64,000 nucleotides of DNA from Auanema rhodensis. Lineage: Eukaryota; Animalia; Nematoda. Shown one piece after another: positions 11,231-26,699 of the stretch. Where the stretch lies: assembly GCA_964057225.1 (NCBI GenBank), contig OZ059899.1, positions 1,550,001 through 1,614,000 on the forward strand, written 5' to 3'. Numbering within the stretch: the first letter of the stretch is position 1; the number at the start of each line of letters is the position of its first letter. The position numbers and the translations under genes are program-made. The notes below the pieces were generated by a model. The model was not told the DNA's origin. It was given only the letters and a program-made list of their open reading frames with translations, and searched no databases.

Positions 11231-13359
11231 ATTGAGAAACGCTTAATACAAAAATTAGTTATGATCGTTTGAAAAATGATGCATTAGTGTATGTTGAGTT
11301 TCCATGTACACTCAACATTGCTTCCAAAAACATTTTGACAAAAATTTTTTCGAAAAATTTCAAAATAATTTAGCAAAAAGTAGATGTTTTTAGATTCCTT
11401 TGTTCAATGCAAAGACGATGGACAATGTTATTCAACGAAAAAATTATTCCTTCAGGGTGAAAATCGAGGATATAAGTGTGAACTTATATCAGTTGATATC
11501 TCGGTGCATTTTTAAGCTAGCGCAAATCTAATAACACAGATCGACGCAGCTTAAAAATCCGCATCGAATGCACTAAACTACATTGAGAAACGCTTGATAC
11601 AAAAATTAGTTATGATCGTTTGAAAAATGATGCATTAGTGTATGTTGAGTTTCCATGTACACTCAACATTGCTTCCAAAAACATTTTGACAAAAATTTTT
11701 TCGAAAAATTTCAAAATAATTTAGCAAAAAGTAGATGTTTTTAGATTCCTTTATCCAAGGCAAAGACGATGGACAATGTTATTCAACGAAAAAATTAATT
11801 CTTCAGGGTGAAAATCGAGGATATAAGTGTGAACTTATATCAGTTGATATCTCGGTGCATTTTTAAGCTAGCGCAAATCTAATAACACAGATCGACGCAG
11901 CTTAAAAATCCGCATCGAATGCACTAAACTACATTGAGAAACGCTTGATACAAAAATTAGTTATGATCGTTTGAAAAATGATGCATTAGTGTATGTTGAG
12001 TTTCCATGTACACTCAACATTGCTTCCAAAAACATTTTGACAAAAATTTTTTCGAAAAATTTCAAAATAATTTAGCAAAAAGTAGATGTTTTTAGATTCC
12101 ATTTTTCAAGGCAAAGACGATGGACAATGTTATTCAACGAAAAAATTATTCCTTCAGGGTGAAAATCGAGGATATAAGTGTGAACATTTATCAGTTGATA
12201 TCTCGGTGCATTTTTAAGCTAGCGCAAATCTGATAACACAGATCGACGCAGCTTAAAAATCCGCATCGAATGCACTAAACTACATTGAGAAACGCTTGAT
12301 ACAAAAATTAGTTATGATCGTTTGAAAAATGATGCATTAGTGTATGTTGAGTTTCCATGTACACTCAACATTGCTTCCAAAAACATTTTGACAAAAATTT
12401 TTTCGAAAAATTTCAGAATAATTTAGCAAAAAGTAGATGTTTTTAGATTCCATTTTTCAAGGCAAAGACGATGGACAATGTTATTCAACGAAAAAATTAT
12501 TCCTTCAGGGTGAAAATCGAGGATATAAGTGTGAACTTATATCAGTTGATATCTCGGTGCATTTTTAAGCTAGCGCAAATCTGATAACACAGATCGACGC
12601 AGCTTAAAATTCCGCATCGAATGCATTATACTACATTGAGAAACGCTTAATACAAAAATTAGTTATGATCGTTTGAAAAATGATGCATTAGTGTATGTTG
12701 AGTTTCCATGTACACTCAACATTGCTTCCAAAAACATTTTGACAAAAATTTTTTCGAAAAATTTCAGAATAATTTAGCAAAAAGTAGATGTTTTTAGATT
12801 CCATTTTTCAAAGCAGAGACGATGGACAATGTTATTCAACGAAAAAATTAATTCTTCAGGGTGAAAATCGAGGATATAAGTGTGAACTTATATCAGTTGA
12901 TATCTCGGTGCATTTTTATGCTAGCGCAAATCTGATAACACAGGTCGACGCAGCTTGAAAATCCGCATCGAATGCACTATACTACATTGAGAAACGCTTA
13001 ATACAAAAATTAGTTATGATCCTTTGAAAAATGATGCATTAGTGTATGTTGAGTTTCCATGTACACTCAACAATGCTTCCAAAAACATTTTGACAAAAAT
13101 TTTTTCGAAAAATTTCAGAATAATTTAGCAAAAAGTAGATGTTTTTAGATTCCATTTTTCAAGGCAGAGACGATGGACAATGTTATTCAACGAAAAAATT
13201 AATTCTTCAGGGTGAAAATCGAGGATATAAGTGTGAACTTATATCAGTTGATATCTCGGTGCATTTTTAAGCTAGCGCAAATCTGATAACACAGGTCGAC
13301 GCAGCTTGAAAATCCGCATCGAATGCACTATACTACATTGAGAAACGCTTAATACAAAA

Positions 13360-16300
13360 ATTAGTTATGATCCTTTGAAAAATGATGCATTAGTGTATGT
13401 TGAGTTTCCATGTACACTCAACAATGCTTCCAAAAACATTTTGACAAAAATTTTTTCGAAAAATTTCAAAATAATTTAGCAAAAAGTAGATGTTTTTAGA
13501 TTCCATTTTTCAAGGCAAAGACGATGGACAATGTTATTCAACGAAAAAATTAATTCTTCAGGGTGAAAATCGAGGATATAAGTGTGAACTTATATCAGTT
13601 GATATCTCGGTGCATTTTTAAGCTAGCGCAAATCTGATAACACAGATCGACGCAGCTTAAAAATCCGCATCGAATGCACTATACTACATTGAGAAACGCT
13701 TAATACAAAAATTAGTTATGATCCTTTGAAAAATGATGCATTAGTGTATGTTGAGTTTCCATGTACACTCAACAATGCTTCCAAAAACATTTTGACAAAA
13801 ATTTTTTCGAAAAATTTCAAAATAATTTAGCAAAAAGTAGATGTTTTTAGATTCCATTTTTTAAGGCAAAGACGATGGACAATGTTATTCAACGAAAAAA
13901 TTAATTCTTCAGGGTGAAAATCGAGGATATAAGTGTGAACTTATATCAGTTGATATCTCGGTGCATTTTTAAGCTAGCGCAAATCTGATAACACAGATCG
14001 ACGCAGCTTAAAAATCCGCATCGAATGCATTATACTACATTGAGAAACGCTTAATACAAAAATTAGTTATGATCGTTTGAAAAATGATGCATTAGTGTAT
14101 GTTGAGTTTCCATGTACACTCAACATTGCTTCCAAAAACATTTTGACAAAAATTTTTTCGAAAAATTTCAAAATAATTTAGCAAAAAGTAGATGTTTTTA
14201 GATTCCTTTATTCAAGGCAAAGACGATGGACAATGTTATTCAACGAAAAAATTAATTCTTCAGGGTGAAAATCGAGGATATAAGTGTGAACTTATATCAG
14301 TTGATATCTCGGTGCATTTTTAAGCTAGCGCAAATCTAATAACACAGATCGACGCAGCTTAAAAATCCGCATCGAATGCACTAAACTACATTGAGAAACG
14401 CTTGATACAAAAATTAGTTATGATCCTTTGAAAAATGATGCATTAGTGTATGTTGAGTTTCCATGTACACTCAACAATGCTTCCAAAAACATTTTGACAA
14501 AAATTTTTTCGAAAAATTTCAAAATAATTTAGCAAAAAGTAGATGTTTTTAGATTCCATTTTTCAAGGCAAAGACGATGGACAATGTTATTCAACGAAAA
14601 AATTAATTCTTCAGGGTGAAAATCGAGGATATAAGTGTGAACTTATATCAGTTGATATCTCGGTGCATTTTTAAGCTAGCGCAAATCTGATAACACAGAT
14701 CGACGCAGCTTAAAAATCCGCATCGAATGCACTATACTACATTGAGAAACGCTTAATACAAAAATTAGTTATGATCCTTTGAAAAATGATGCATTAGTGT
14801 ATGTTGAGTTTCCATGTACACTCAACAATGCTTCCAAAAACATTTTGACAAAAATTTTTTCGAAAAATTTCAAAATAATTTAGCAAAAAGTAGATGTTTT
14901 TAGATTCCATTTTTTAAGGCAAAGACGATGGACAATGTTATTCAACGAAAAAATTAATTCTTCAGGGTGAAAATCGAGGATATAAGTGTGAACTTATATC
15001 AGTTGATATCTCGGTGCATTTTTAAGCTAGCGCAAATCTGATAACACAGATCGACGCAGCTTAAAAATCCGCATCGAATGCATTATACTACATTGAGAAA
15101 CGCTTAATACAAAAATTAGTTATGATCGTTTGAAAAATGATGCATTAGTGTATGTTGAGTTTCCATGTACACTCAACATTGCTTCCAAAAACATTTTGAC
15201 AAAAATTTTTTCGAAAAATTTCAAAATAATTTAGCAAAAAGTAGATGTTTTTAGATTCCTTTATTCAAGGCAAAGACGATGGACAATGTTATTCAACGAA
15301 AAAATTAATTCTTCAGGGTGAAAATCGAGGATATAAGTGTGAACTTATATCAGTTGATATCTCGGTGCATTTTTAAGCTAGCGCAAATCTAATAACACAG
15401 ATCGACGCAGCTTAAAAATCCGCATCGAATGCACTAAACTACATTGAGAAACGCTTGATACAAAAATTAGTTATGATCCTTTGAAAAATGATGCATTAGT
15501 GTATGTTGAGTTTCCATGTACACTCAACAATGCTTCCAAAAACATTTTGACAAAAATTTTTTCGAAAAATTTCAAAATAATTTAGCAAAAAGTAGATGTT
15601 TTTAGATTCCATTTTTCAAGGCAAAGACGATGGACAATGTTATTCAACGAAAAAATTAATTCTTCAGGGTGAAAATCGAGGATATAAGTGTGAACTTATA
15701 TCAGTTGATATCTCGGTGCATTTTTAAGCTAGCGCAAATCTGATAACACAGATCGACGCAGCTTAAAAATCCGCATCGAATGCACTATACTACATTGAGA
15801 AACGCTTAATACAAAAATTAGTTATGATCCTTTGAAAAATGATGCATTAGTGTATGTTGAGTTTCCATGTACACTCAACAATGCTTCCAAAAACATTTTG
15901 ACAAAAATTTTTTCGAAAAATTTCAAAATAATTTAGCAAAAAGTAGATGTTTTTAGATTCCATTTTTTAAGGCAAAGACGATGGACAATGTTATTCAACG
16001 AAAAAATTAATTCTTCAGGGTGAAAATCGAGGATATAAGTGTGAACTTATATCAGTTGATATCTCGGTGCATTTTTAAGCTAGCGCAAATCTGATAACAC
16101 AGATCGACGCAGCTTAAAAATCCGCATCGAATGCATTATACTACATTGAGAAACGCTTAATACAAAAATTAGTTATGATCGTTTGAAAAATGATGCATTA
16201 GTGTATGTTGAGTTTCCATGTACACTCAACATTGCTTCCAAAAACATTTTGACAAAAATTTTTTCGAAAAATTTCAAAATAATTTAGCAAAAAGTAGATG

Positions 16301-16520
16301 TTTTTAGATTCCTTTATTCAAGGCAAAGACGATGGACAATGTTATTCAACGAAAAAATTAATTCTTCAGGGTGAAAATCGAGGATATAAGTGTGAACTTA
16401 TATCAGTTGATATCTCGGTGCATTTTTAAGCTAGCGCAAATCTAATAACACAGATCGACGCAGCTTAAAAATCCGCATCGAATGCACTAAACTACATTGA
16501 GAAACGCTTGATACAAAAAT
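13360..16520. repeat. 3-monomer unit (1053 bp) repeated three times
   Basis: The same variant order, CCATTTTTC / CCATTTTTTAAG / CCTTTATTC + TCTAATAAC, occurs in monomers 39-41, 42-44 and 45-47. Confidence 0.88.
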
Positions 16521-19500
16521 TAGTTATGATCGTTTGAAAAATGATGCATTAGTGTATGTTGAGTTTCCATGTACACTCAACATTGCTTCCAAAAACATTT
16601 TGACAAAAATTTTTTCGAAAAATTTCAAAATAATTTAGCAAAAAGTAGATGTTTTTAGATTCCATTTTTCAAGGCAAAGACGATGGACAATGTTATTCAA
16701 CGAAAAAATTATTCCTTCAGGGTGAAAATCGAGGATATAAGTGTGAACTTATATCAGTTGATATCTCGGTGCATTTTTAAGCTAGCGCAAATCTGATAAC
16801 ACAGATCGACGCAGCTTAAAAATCCGCATCGAATGCACTAAACTACATTGAGAGACGCTTGATACAAAAATTAGTTATGATCGTTTGAAAAATGATGCAT
16901 TAGTGTATGTTGAGTTTCCATGTACACTCAACATTGCTTCCAAAAACATTTTGACAAAAATTTTTTCGAAAAATTTCAGAATAATTTAGCAAAAAGTAGA
17001 TGTTTTTAGATTCCATTTTTCAAGGCAAAGACGATGGACAATGTTATTCAACGAAAAAATTATTCCTTCAGGGTGAAAATCGAGGATATAAGTGTGAACT
17101 TATATCAGTTGATATCTTGGTGCATTTTTAAGCTAGCGCAAATCTGATAACACAGATCGACGCAGCTTAAAAATCCGCATCGAATGCATTATACTACATT
17201 GAGAAACGCTTAATACAAAAATTAGTTATGATCGTTTGAAAAATGATGCATTAGTGTATGTTGAGTTTCCATGTACACTCAACATTGCTTCCAAAAACAT
17301 TTTGACAAAAATTTTTTCGAAAAATTTCAAAATAATTTAGCAAAAAGTAGATGTTTTTAGATTCCTTTGTTCAAGGCAAAGACGATGGACAATGTTATTC
17401 AACGAAAAAATTAATTCTTCAGGGTGAAAATCGAGGATATAAGTGTGAACTTATATCAGTTGATATCTCGGTGCATTTTTAAGCTAGCGCAAATCTAATA
17501 ACACAGATCGACGCAGCTTAAAAATCCGCATCGAATGCACTAAACTACATTGAGAAACGCTTGATACAAAAATTAGTTATAATCGTTTGAAAAATGATGC
17601 ATTAGTGTATGTTGAGTTTCCATGTACACTCAACATTGCTTCCAAAAACATTTTGACAAAAATTTTTTCGAAAAATTTCAAAATAATTTAGCAAAATGTA
17701 GATGTTTTTAGATTCCTTTATTCAAGGCAAAGACGATGGACAATGTTATTCAACGAAAAAATTAATTCTTCAGGGTGAAAATCGAGGATATAAGTGTGAA
17801 CTTATATCAGTTGATATCTCGGTGCATTTTTAAGCTAGCGCAAATCTAATAACACAGATCGACGCAGCTTAAAAATCCGCATCGAATGCACTAAACTACA
17901 TTGAGAAACGCTTGATACAAAAATTAGTTATGATCGTTTGAAAAATGATGCATTAGTGTATGTTGAGTTTCCATGTACACTCAACATTGCTTCCAAAAAC
18001 ATTTTGACAAAAATTTTTTCGAAAAATTTCAAAATAATTTAGCAAAAAGTAGATGTTTTTAGATTCCATTTTTCAAGGCAAAGACGATGGACAATGTTAT
18101 TCAACGAAAAAATTATTCCTTCAGGGTGAAAATCGAGGATATAAGTGTGAACTTATATCAGTTGATATCTCGGTGCATTTTTAAGCTAGCGCAAATCTGA
18201 TAACACAGATCGACGCAGCTTAAAAATCCGCATCGAATGCACTAAACTACATTGAGAAACGCTTGATACAAAAATTAGTTATGATCGTTTGAAAAATGAT
18301 GCATTAGTGTATGTTGAGTTTCCATGTACACTCAACATTGCTTCCAAAAACATTTTGACAAAAATTTTTTCGAAAAATTTCAGAATAATTTAGCAAAAAG
18401 TAGATGTTTTTAGATTCCATTTTTCAAGGCAAAGACGATGGACAATGTTATTCAACGAAAAAATTATTCCTTCAGGGTGAAAATCGAGGATATAAGTGTG
18501 AACTTATATCAGTTGATATCTTGGTGCATTTTTAAGCTAGCGCAAATCTGATAACACAGATCGACGCAGCTTAAAAATCCGCATCGAATGCATTATACTA
18601 CATTGAGAAACGCTTAATACAAAAATTAGTTATGATCGTTTGAAAAATGATGCATTAGTGTATGTTGAGTTTCCATGTACACTCAACATTGCTTCCAAAA
18701 ACATTTTGACAAAAATTTTTTCGAAAAATTTCAAAATAATTTAGCAAAAAGTAGATGTTTTTAGATTCCTTTGTTCAAGGCAAAGACGATGGACAATGTT
18801 ATTCAACGAAAAAATTAATTCTTCAGGGTGAGAATCGAGGATATAAGTGTGAACTTATATCAGTTGATATCTCGGTGCATTTTTAAGCTAGCGCAAATCT
18901 AATAACACAGATCGACGCAGCTTAAAAATCCGCATCGAATGCACTAAACTACATTGAGAAACGCTTGATACAAAAATTAGTTATAATCGTTTGAAAAATG
19001 ATGCATTAGTGTATGTTGAGTTTCCATGTACACTCAACATTGCTTCCAAAAACATTTTGACAAAAATTTTTTCGAAAAATTTCAGAATAATTTAGCAAAA
19101 AGTAGATGTTTTTAGATTCCATTTTTCAAGGCAAAGACGATGGACAATGTTATTCAACGAAAAAATTATTCCTTCAGGGTGAAAATCGAGGATATAAGTG
19201 TGAACTTATATCAGTTGATATCTTGGTGCATTTTTAAGCTAGCGCAAATCTGATAACACAGATCGACGCAGCTTAAAAATCCGCATCGAATGCATTATAC
19301 TACATTGAGAAACGCTTAATACAAAAATTAGTTATGATCGTTTGAAAAATGATGCATTAGTGTATGTTGAGTTTCCATGTACACTCAACATTGCTTCCAA
19401 AAACATTTTGACAAAAATTTTTTCGAAAAATTTCAAAATAATTTAGCAAAAAGTAGATGTTTTTAGATTCCTTTGTTCAAGGCAAAGACGATGGACAATG

Positions 19501-22500
19501 TTATTCAACGAAAAAATTAATTCTTCAGGGTGAAAATCGAGGATATAAGTGTGAACTTATATCAGTTGATATCTCGGTGCATTTTTAAGCTAGCGCAAAT
19601 CTAATAACACAGATCGACGCAGCTTAAAAATCCGCATCGAATGCACTAAACTACATTGAGAAACGCTTGATACAAAAATTAGTTATGATCGTTTGAAAAA
19701 TGATGCATTAGTGTATGTTGAGTTTCCATGTACACTCAACATTGCTTCCAAAAACATTTTGACAAAAATTTTTTCGAAAAATTTCAAAATAATTTAGCAA
19801 AAAGTAGATGTTTTTAGATTCCATTTTTCAAGGCAAAGACGATGGACAATGTTATTCAACGAAAAAATTATTCCTTCAGGGTGAAAATCGAGGATATAAG
19901 TGTGAACTTTTATCAGTTGATATCTCGGTGCATTTTTAAGCTAGCGCAAATCTGATAACACAGATCGACGCAGCTTAAAAATCCGCATCGAATGCACTAA
20001 ACTACATCGAGAAACGCTTGATACAAAAATTAGTTATGATCGTTTGAAAAATGATGCATTAGTGTATGTTGAGTTTCCATGTACACTCAACATTGCTTCC
20101 AAAAACATTTTGACAAAAATTTTTTCGAAAAATTTCAGAATAATTTAGCAAAAAGTAGATGTTTTTAGATTCCATTTTTCAAGGCAAAGACGATGGACAA
20201 TGTTATTCAACGAAAAAATTATTCCTTCAGGGTGAAAATCGAGGATATAAGTGTGAACTTATATCAGTTGATATCTCGGTGCATTTTTAAGCTAGCGCAA
20301 ATCTGATAACACAGATCGACGCAGCTTAAAATTCCGCATCGAATGCATTATACTACATTGAGAAACGCTTAATACAAAAATTAGTTATGATCGTTTGAAA
20401 AATGATGCATTAGTGTATGTTGAGTTTCCATGTACACTCAACATTGCTTCCAAAAACATTTTGACAAAAATTTTTTCGAAAAATTTCAAAATAATTTAGC
20501 AAAAAGTAGATGTTTTTAGATTCCTTTATTCAAGGCAAAGACGATGGACAATGTTATTCAACGAAAAAATTAATTCTTCAGGGTGAAAATCGAGGATATA
20601 AGTGTGAACTTATATCAGTTGATATCTCGGTGCATTTTTAAGCTAGCGCAAATCTAATAACACAGATCGACGCAGCTTAAAAATCCGCATCGAATGCACT
20701 AAACTACATTGAGAAACGCTTGATACAAAAATTAGTTATGATCGTTTGAAAAATGATGCATTAGTGTATGTTGAGTTTCCATGTACACTCAACATTGCTT
20801 CCAAAAACATTTTGACAAAAATTTTTTCGAAAAATTTCAAAATAATTTAGCAAAAAGTAGATGTTTTTAGATTCCTTTATTCAAGGCAAAGACGATGGAC
20901 AATGTTATTCAACGAAAAAATTAATTCTTCAGGGTGAAAATCGAGGATATAAGTGTGAACTTATATCAGTTGATATCTCGGTGCATTTTTAAGCTAGCGC
21001 AAATCTAATAACACAGATCGACGCAGCTTAAAATTCCGCATCGAATGCACTAAACTACATTGAGAAACGCTTGATACAAAAATTAGTTATGATCGTTTGA
21101 AAAATGATGCATTAGTGTATGTTGAGTTTCCATGTACACTCAACATTGCTTCCAAAAACATTTTGACAAAAATTTTTTCGAAAAATTTCAAAATAATTTA
21201 GCAAAAAGTAGATGTTTTTAGATTTCTTTATTCAAGGCAAAGACGATGGACAATGTTATTCAACGAAAAAATTAATTCTTCAGGGTGAAAATCGAGGATA
21301 TAAGTGTGAACTTATATCAGTTGATATCTCGGTGCATTTTTAAGCTAGCGCAAATCTAATAACACAGATCGACGCAGCTTAAAATTCCGCATCGAATGCA
21401 CTAAACTACATTGAGAAACGCTTGATACAAAAATTAGTTATGATCGTTTGAAAAATGATGCATTAGTGTATGTTGAGTTTCCATGTACACTCAACATTGC
21501 TTCCAAAAACATTTTGACAAAAATTTTTTCGAAAAATTTCAAAATAATTTAGCAAAAAGTAGATGTTTTTAGATTCCATTTTTTAAGGCAAAGACGATGG
21601 ACAATGTTATTCAACGAAAAAATTAATTCTTCAGGGTGAAAATCGAGGATATAAGTGTGAACTTATATCAGTTGATATCTCGGTGCATTTTTAAGCTAGC
21701 GCAAATCTAATAACACAGATCGACGCAGCTTAAAATTCCGCATCGAATGCACTAAACTACATTGAGAAACGCTTGATACAAAAATTAGTTATGATCCTTT
21801 GAAAAATGATGCATTAGTGTATGTTGAGTTTCCATGTACACTCAACAATGCTTCCAAAAACATTTTGACAAAAATTTTTTCGAAAAATTTCAAAATAATT
21901 TAGCAAAAAGTAGATGTTTTTAGATTCCATTTTTTAAGGCAAAGACGAAGGACAATGTTATTCAACGAAAAAATTAATTCTTCAGGGTGAAAATCGAGGA
22001 TATAAGTGTGAACTTATATCAGTTGATATCTCGGTGCATTTTTAAGCTAGCGCAAATCTGATAACACAGATCGACGCAGCTTAAAAATCCGCATCGAATG
22101 CATTATACTACATTGAGAAACGCTTAATACAAAAATTAGTTATGATCGTTTGAAAAATGATGCATTAGTGTATGTTGAGTTTCCATGTACACTCAACATT
22201 GCTTCCAAAAACATTTTGACAAAAATTTTTTCGAAAAATTTCAAAATAATTTAGCAAAAAGTAGATGTTTTTAGATTCCTTTATTCAAGGCAAAGACGAT
22301 GGACAATGTTATTCAACGAAAAAATTAATTCTTCAGGGTGAAAATCGAGGATATAAGTGTGAACTTATATCAGTTGATATCTCGGTGCATTTTTAAGCTA
22401 GCGCAAATCTAATAACACAGATCGACGCAGCTTAAAAATCCGCATCGAATGCATTATACTACATTGAGAAACGCTTAATACAAAAATTAGTTATGATCGT

Positions 22501-25500
22501 TTGAAAAATGATGCATTAGTGTATGTTGAGTTTCCATGTACACTCAACATTGCTTCCAAAAACATTTTGACAAAAATTTTTTCGAAAAATTTCAAAATAA
22601 TTTAGCAAAAAGGAGATGTTTTTAGATTCCTTTATTCAAGGCAAAGACGATGGACAATGTTATTCAACGAAAAAATTAATTCTTCAGGGTGAAAATCGAG
22701 GATATAAGTGTGAACTTATATCAGTTGATATCTCGGTGCATTTTTAAGCTAGCGCAAATCTAATAACACAGATCGACGCAGCTTAAAAATCCGCATCGAA
22801 TGCATTATACTACATTGAGAAACGCTTAATACAAAAATTAGTTATGATCGTTTGAAAAATGATGCATTAGTGTATGTTGAGTTTCCATGTACACTCAACA
22901 TTGCTTCCAAAAACATTTTGACAAAAATTTTTTCGAAAAATTTCAAAATAATTTAGCAAAAAGTAGATGTTTTTAGATTCCTTTATTCAAGGCAAAGACG
23001 ATGGACAATGTTATTCAACGAAAAAATTATTCCTTCAGGGTGAAAATCGAGGATATAAGTGTGAACTTATATCAGTTGATATCTCGGTGCATTTTTAAGC
23101 TAGCGCAAATCTGATAACACAGATCGACGCAGCTTAAAAATCCGCATCGAATGCATTATACTACATTGAGAAACGCTTAATACAAAAATTAGTTATGATC
23201 CTTTGAAAAATGATGCATTAGTGTATGTTGAGTTTCCATGTACACTCAACAATGCTTCCAAAAACATTTTGACAAAAATTTTTTCGAAAAATTTCAAAAT
23301 AATTTAGCAAAAAGTAGATGTTTTTAGATTCCTTTATTCAAGGCAAAGACGATGGACAATGTTATTCAACGAAAAAATTATTCCTTCAGGGTGAAAATCG
23401 AGGATATAAGTGTGAACTTATATCAGTTGATATCTCGGTGCATTTTTAAGCTAACGCAAATCTGATAACACAGATCGACGCAGCTTAAAAATCCGCATCG
23501 AATGCACTATACTACATTGAGAAACGCTTAATACAAAAATTAGTTATGATCCTTTGAAAAATGATGCATTAGTGTATGTTGAGTTTCCATGTACACTCAA
23601 CAATGCTTCCAAAAACATTTTGACAAAAATTTTTTCGAAAAATTTCAAAATAATTTAGCAAAAAGTAGATGTTTTTAGATTCCTTTGTTCAAGGCAAAGA
23701 CGATGGACAATGTTATTCAACGAAAAAATTAATTCTTCAGGGTGAAAATCGAGGATATAAGTGTGAACTTATATCAGTTGATATCTCGGTGCATTTTTAA
23801 GCTAGCGCAAATCTGATAACACAGATCGACGCAGCTTAAAAATCCGCATCGAATGCATTATACTACATTGAGAAACGCTTAATACAAAAATTAGTTATGA
23901 TCGTTTGAAAAATGATGCATTAGTGTATGTTGAGTTTCCATGTACACTCAACATTGCTTCCAAAAACATTTTGACAAAAATTTTTTCGAAAAATTTCAAA
24001 ATAATTTAGCAAAAAGTAGATGTTTTTAGATTCCTTTATTCAAGGCAAAGACGATGGACAATGTTATTCAACGAAAAAATTAATTCTTCAGGGTGAAAAT
24101 CGAGGATATAAGTGTGAACTTATATCAGTTGATATCTCGGTGCATTTTTAAGCTAGCGCAAATCTAATAACACAGATCGACGCAGCTTAAAAATCCGCAT
24201 CGAATGCACTAAACTACATTGAGAAACGCTTGATACAAAAATTAGTTATGATCGTTTGAAAAATGATGCATTAGTGTATGTTGAGTTTCCATGTACACTC
24301 AACATTGCTTCCAAAAACATTTTGACAAAAATTTTTTCAAAAAATTTCAAAATAATTTAGCAAAAAGTAGATGTTTTTAGATTCCATTTTTCAAGGCAAA
24401 GACGATGGACAATGTTATTCAACGAAAAAATTATTCCTTCAGGGTGAAAATCGAGGATATAAGTGTGAACTTATATCAGTTGATATCTCGGTGCATTTTT
24501 AAGCTAGCGCAAATCTGATAACACAGATCGACGCAGCTTAAAAATCCGCATCGAATGCACTAAACTACATTGAGAAACGCTTGATACAAAAATTAGTTAT
24601 GATCGTTTGAAAAATGATGCATTAGTGTATGTTGAGTTTCCATGTACACTCAACATTGCTTCCAAAAACATTTTGACAAAATATTTTTCGAAAAATTTCA
24701 GAATAATTTAGCAAAAAGTAGATGTTTTTAGATTCCATTTTTCAAGGCAAAGACGATGGACAATGTTATTCAACGAAAAAATTATTCCTTCAGGGTGAAA
24801 ATCGAGGATATAAGTGTGAACTTATATCAGTTGATATCTTGGTGCATTTTTAAGCTAGCGCAAATCTGATAACACAGATCGACGCAGCTTAAAAATCCGC
24901 ATCGAATGCATTATACTACATTGAGAAACGCTTAATACAAAAATTAGTTATGATCGTTTGAAAAATGATGCATTAGTGTATGTTGAGTTTCCATGTACAC
25001 TCAACATTGCTTCCAAAAACATTGTGACAAAAATTTTTTCGAAAAATTTCAAAATAATTTAGCAAAAAGTAGATGTTTTTAGATTCCTTTATTCAAGGCA
25101 AAGACGATGGACAATGTTATTCAACGAAAAAATTAATTCTTCAGGGTGAAAATCGAGGATATAAGTGTGAACTTATATCAGTTGATATCTCGGTGCATTT
25201 TTAAGCTAGCGCAAATCTAATAACACAGATCGACGCAGCTTAAAAATCCGCATCGAATGCACTAAACTACATTGAGAAACGCTTGATACAAAAATTAGTT
25301 ATAATCGTTTGAAAAATGATGCATTAGTGTATGTTGAGTTTCCATGTACACTCAACATTGCTTCCAAAAACATTTTGACAAAAATTTTTTCGAAAAATTT
25401 CAAAATAATTTAGCAAAAAGTAGATGTTTTTAGATTCCTTTATCCAAGGCAAAGACGATGGACAATGTTATTCAACGAAAAAATTAATTCTTCAGGGTGA

Positions 25501-26699
25501 AAATCGAGGATATAAGTGTGAACTTATATCAGTTGATATCTCGGTGCATTTTTAAGCTAGCGCAAATCTAATAACACAGATCGACGCAGCTTAAAAATCC
25601 GCATCGAATGCACTGAACTACATTGAGAAACGCTTGATACAAAAATTAGTTATGATCGTTTGAAAAATGATGCATTAGTGTATGTTGAGTTTCCATGTAC
25701 ACTCAACATTGCTTCCAAAAACATTTTGACAAAAATTTTTTCGAAAAATTTCAAAATAATTTAGCAAAAAGTAGATGTTTTTAGATTCCATTTTTCAAGG
25801 CAAAGACGATGGACAATGTTATTCAACGAAAAAATTATTCCTTCAGGGTGAAAATCGAGGATATAAGTGTGAACTTATATCAGTTGATATCTCGGTGCAT
25901 TTTTAAGCTAGCGCAAATCTGATAACACAGATCGACGCAGCTTAAAAATCCGCATCGAATGCATTATACTACATTGAGAAACGCTTGATACAAAAATTAG
26001 TTATGATCCTTTGAAAAATGATGCATTAGTGTATGTTGAGTTTCCATGTACACTCAACAATGCTTCCAAAAACATTTTGACAAAAATTTTTTCGAAAAAT
26101 TTCAAAATAATTTAGCAAAAAGTAGATGTTTTTAGATTCTATTTTTTAAGGCAAAGACGATGGACAATGTTATTCAACGAAAAAATTAATTCTTCAGGGT
26201 GAAAATCGAGGATATAAGTGTGAACTTATATCAGTTGATATCTCGGTGCATTTTTAAGCTAGCGCAAATCTGATAACACAGATCGACGCAGCTTAAAAAT
26301 CCGCATCGAATGCATTATACTACATTGAGAAACGCTTAATACAAAAATTAGTTATGATCGTTTGAAAAATGATGCATTAGTGTATGTTGAGTTTCCATGT
26401 ACACTCAACATTGCTTCCAAAAACATTTTGACAAAAATTTTTTCGAAAAATTTCAAAATAATTTAGCAAAAAGTAGATGTTTTTAGATTCCTTTATTCAA
26501 GGCAAAGACGATGGACAATGTTATTCAACGAAAAAATTAATTCTTCAGGGTGAAAATCGAGGATATAAGTGTGAACTTATATCAGTTGATATCTCGGTGC
26601 ATTTTTAAGCTAGCGCAAATCTAATAACACAGATCGACGCAGCTTAAAAATCCGCATCGAATGCACTAAACTACATTGAGAAACGCTTGATACAAAAAT

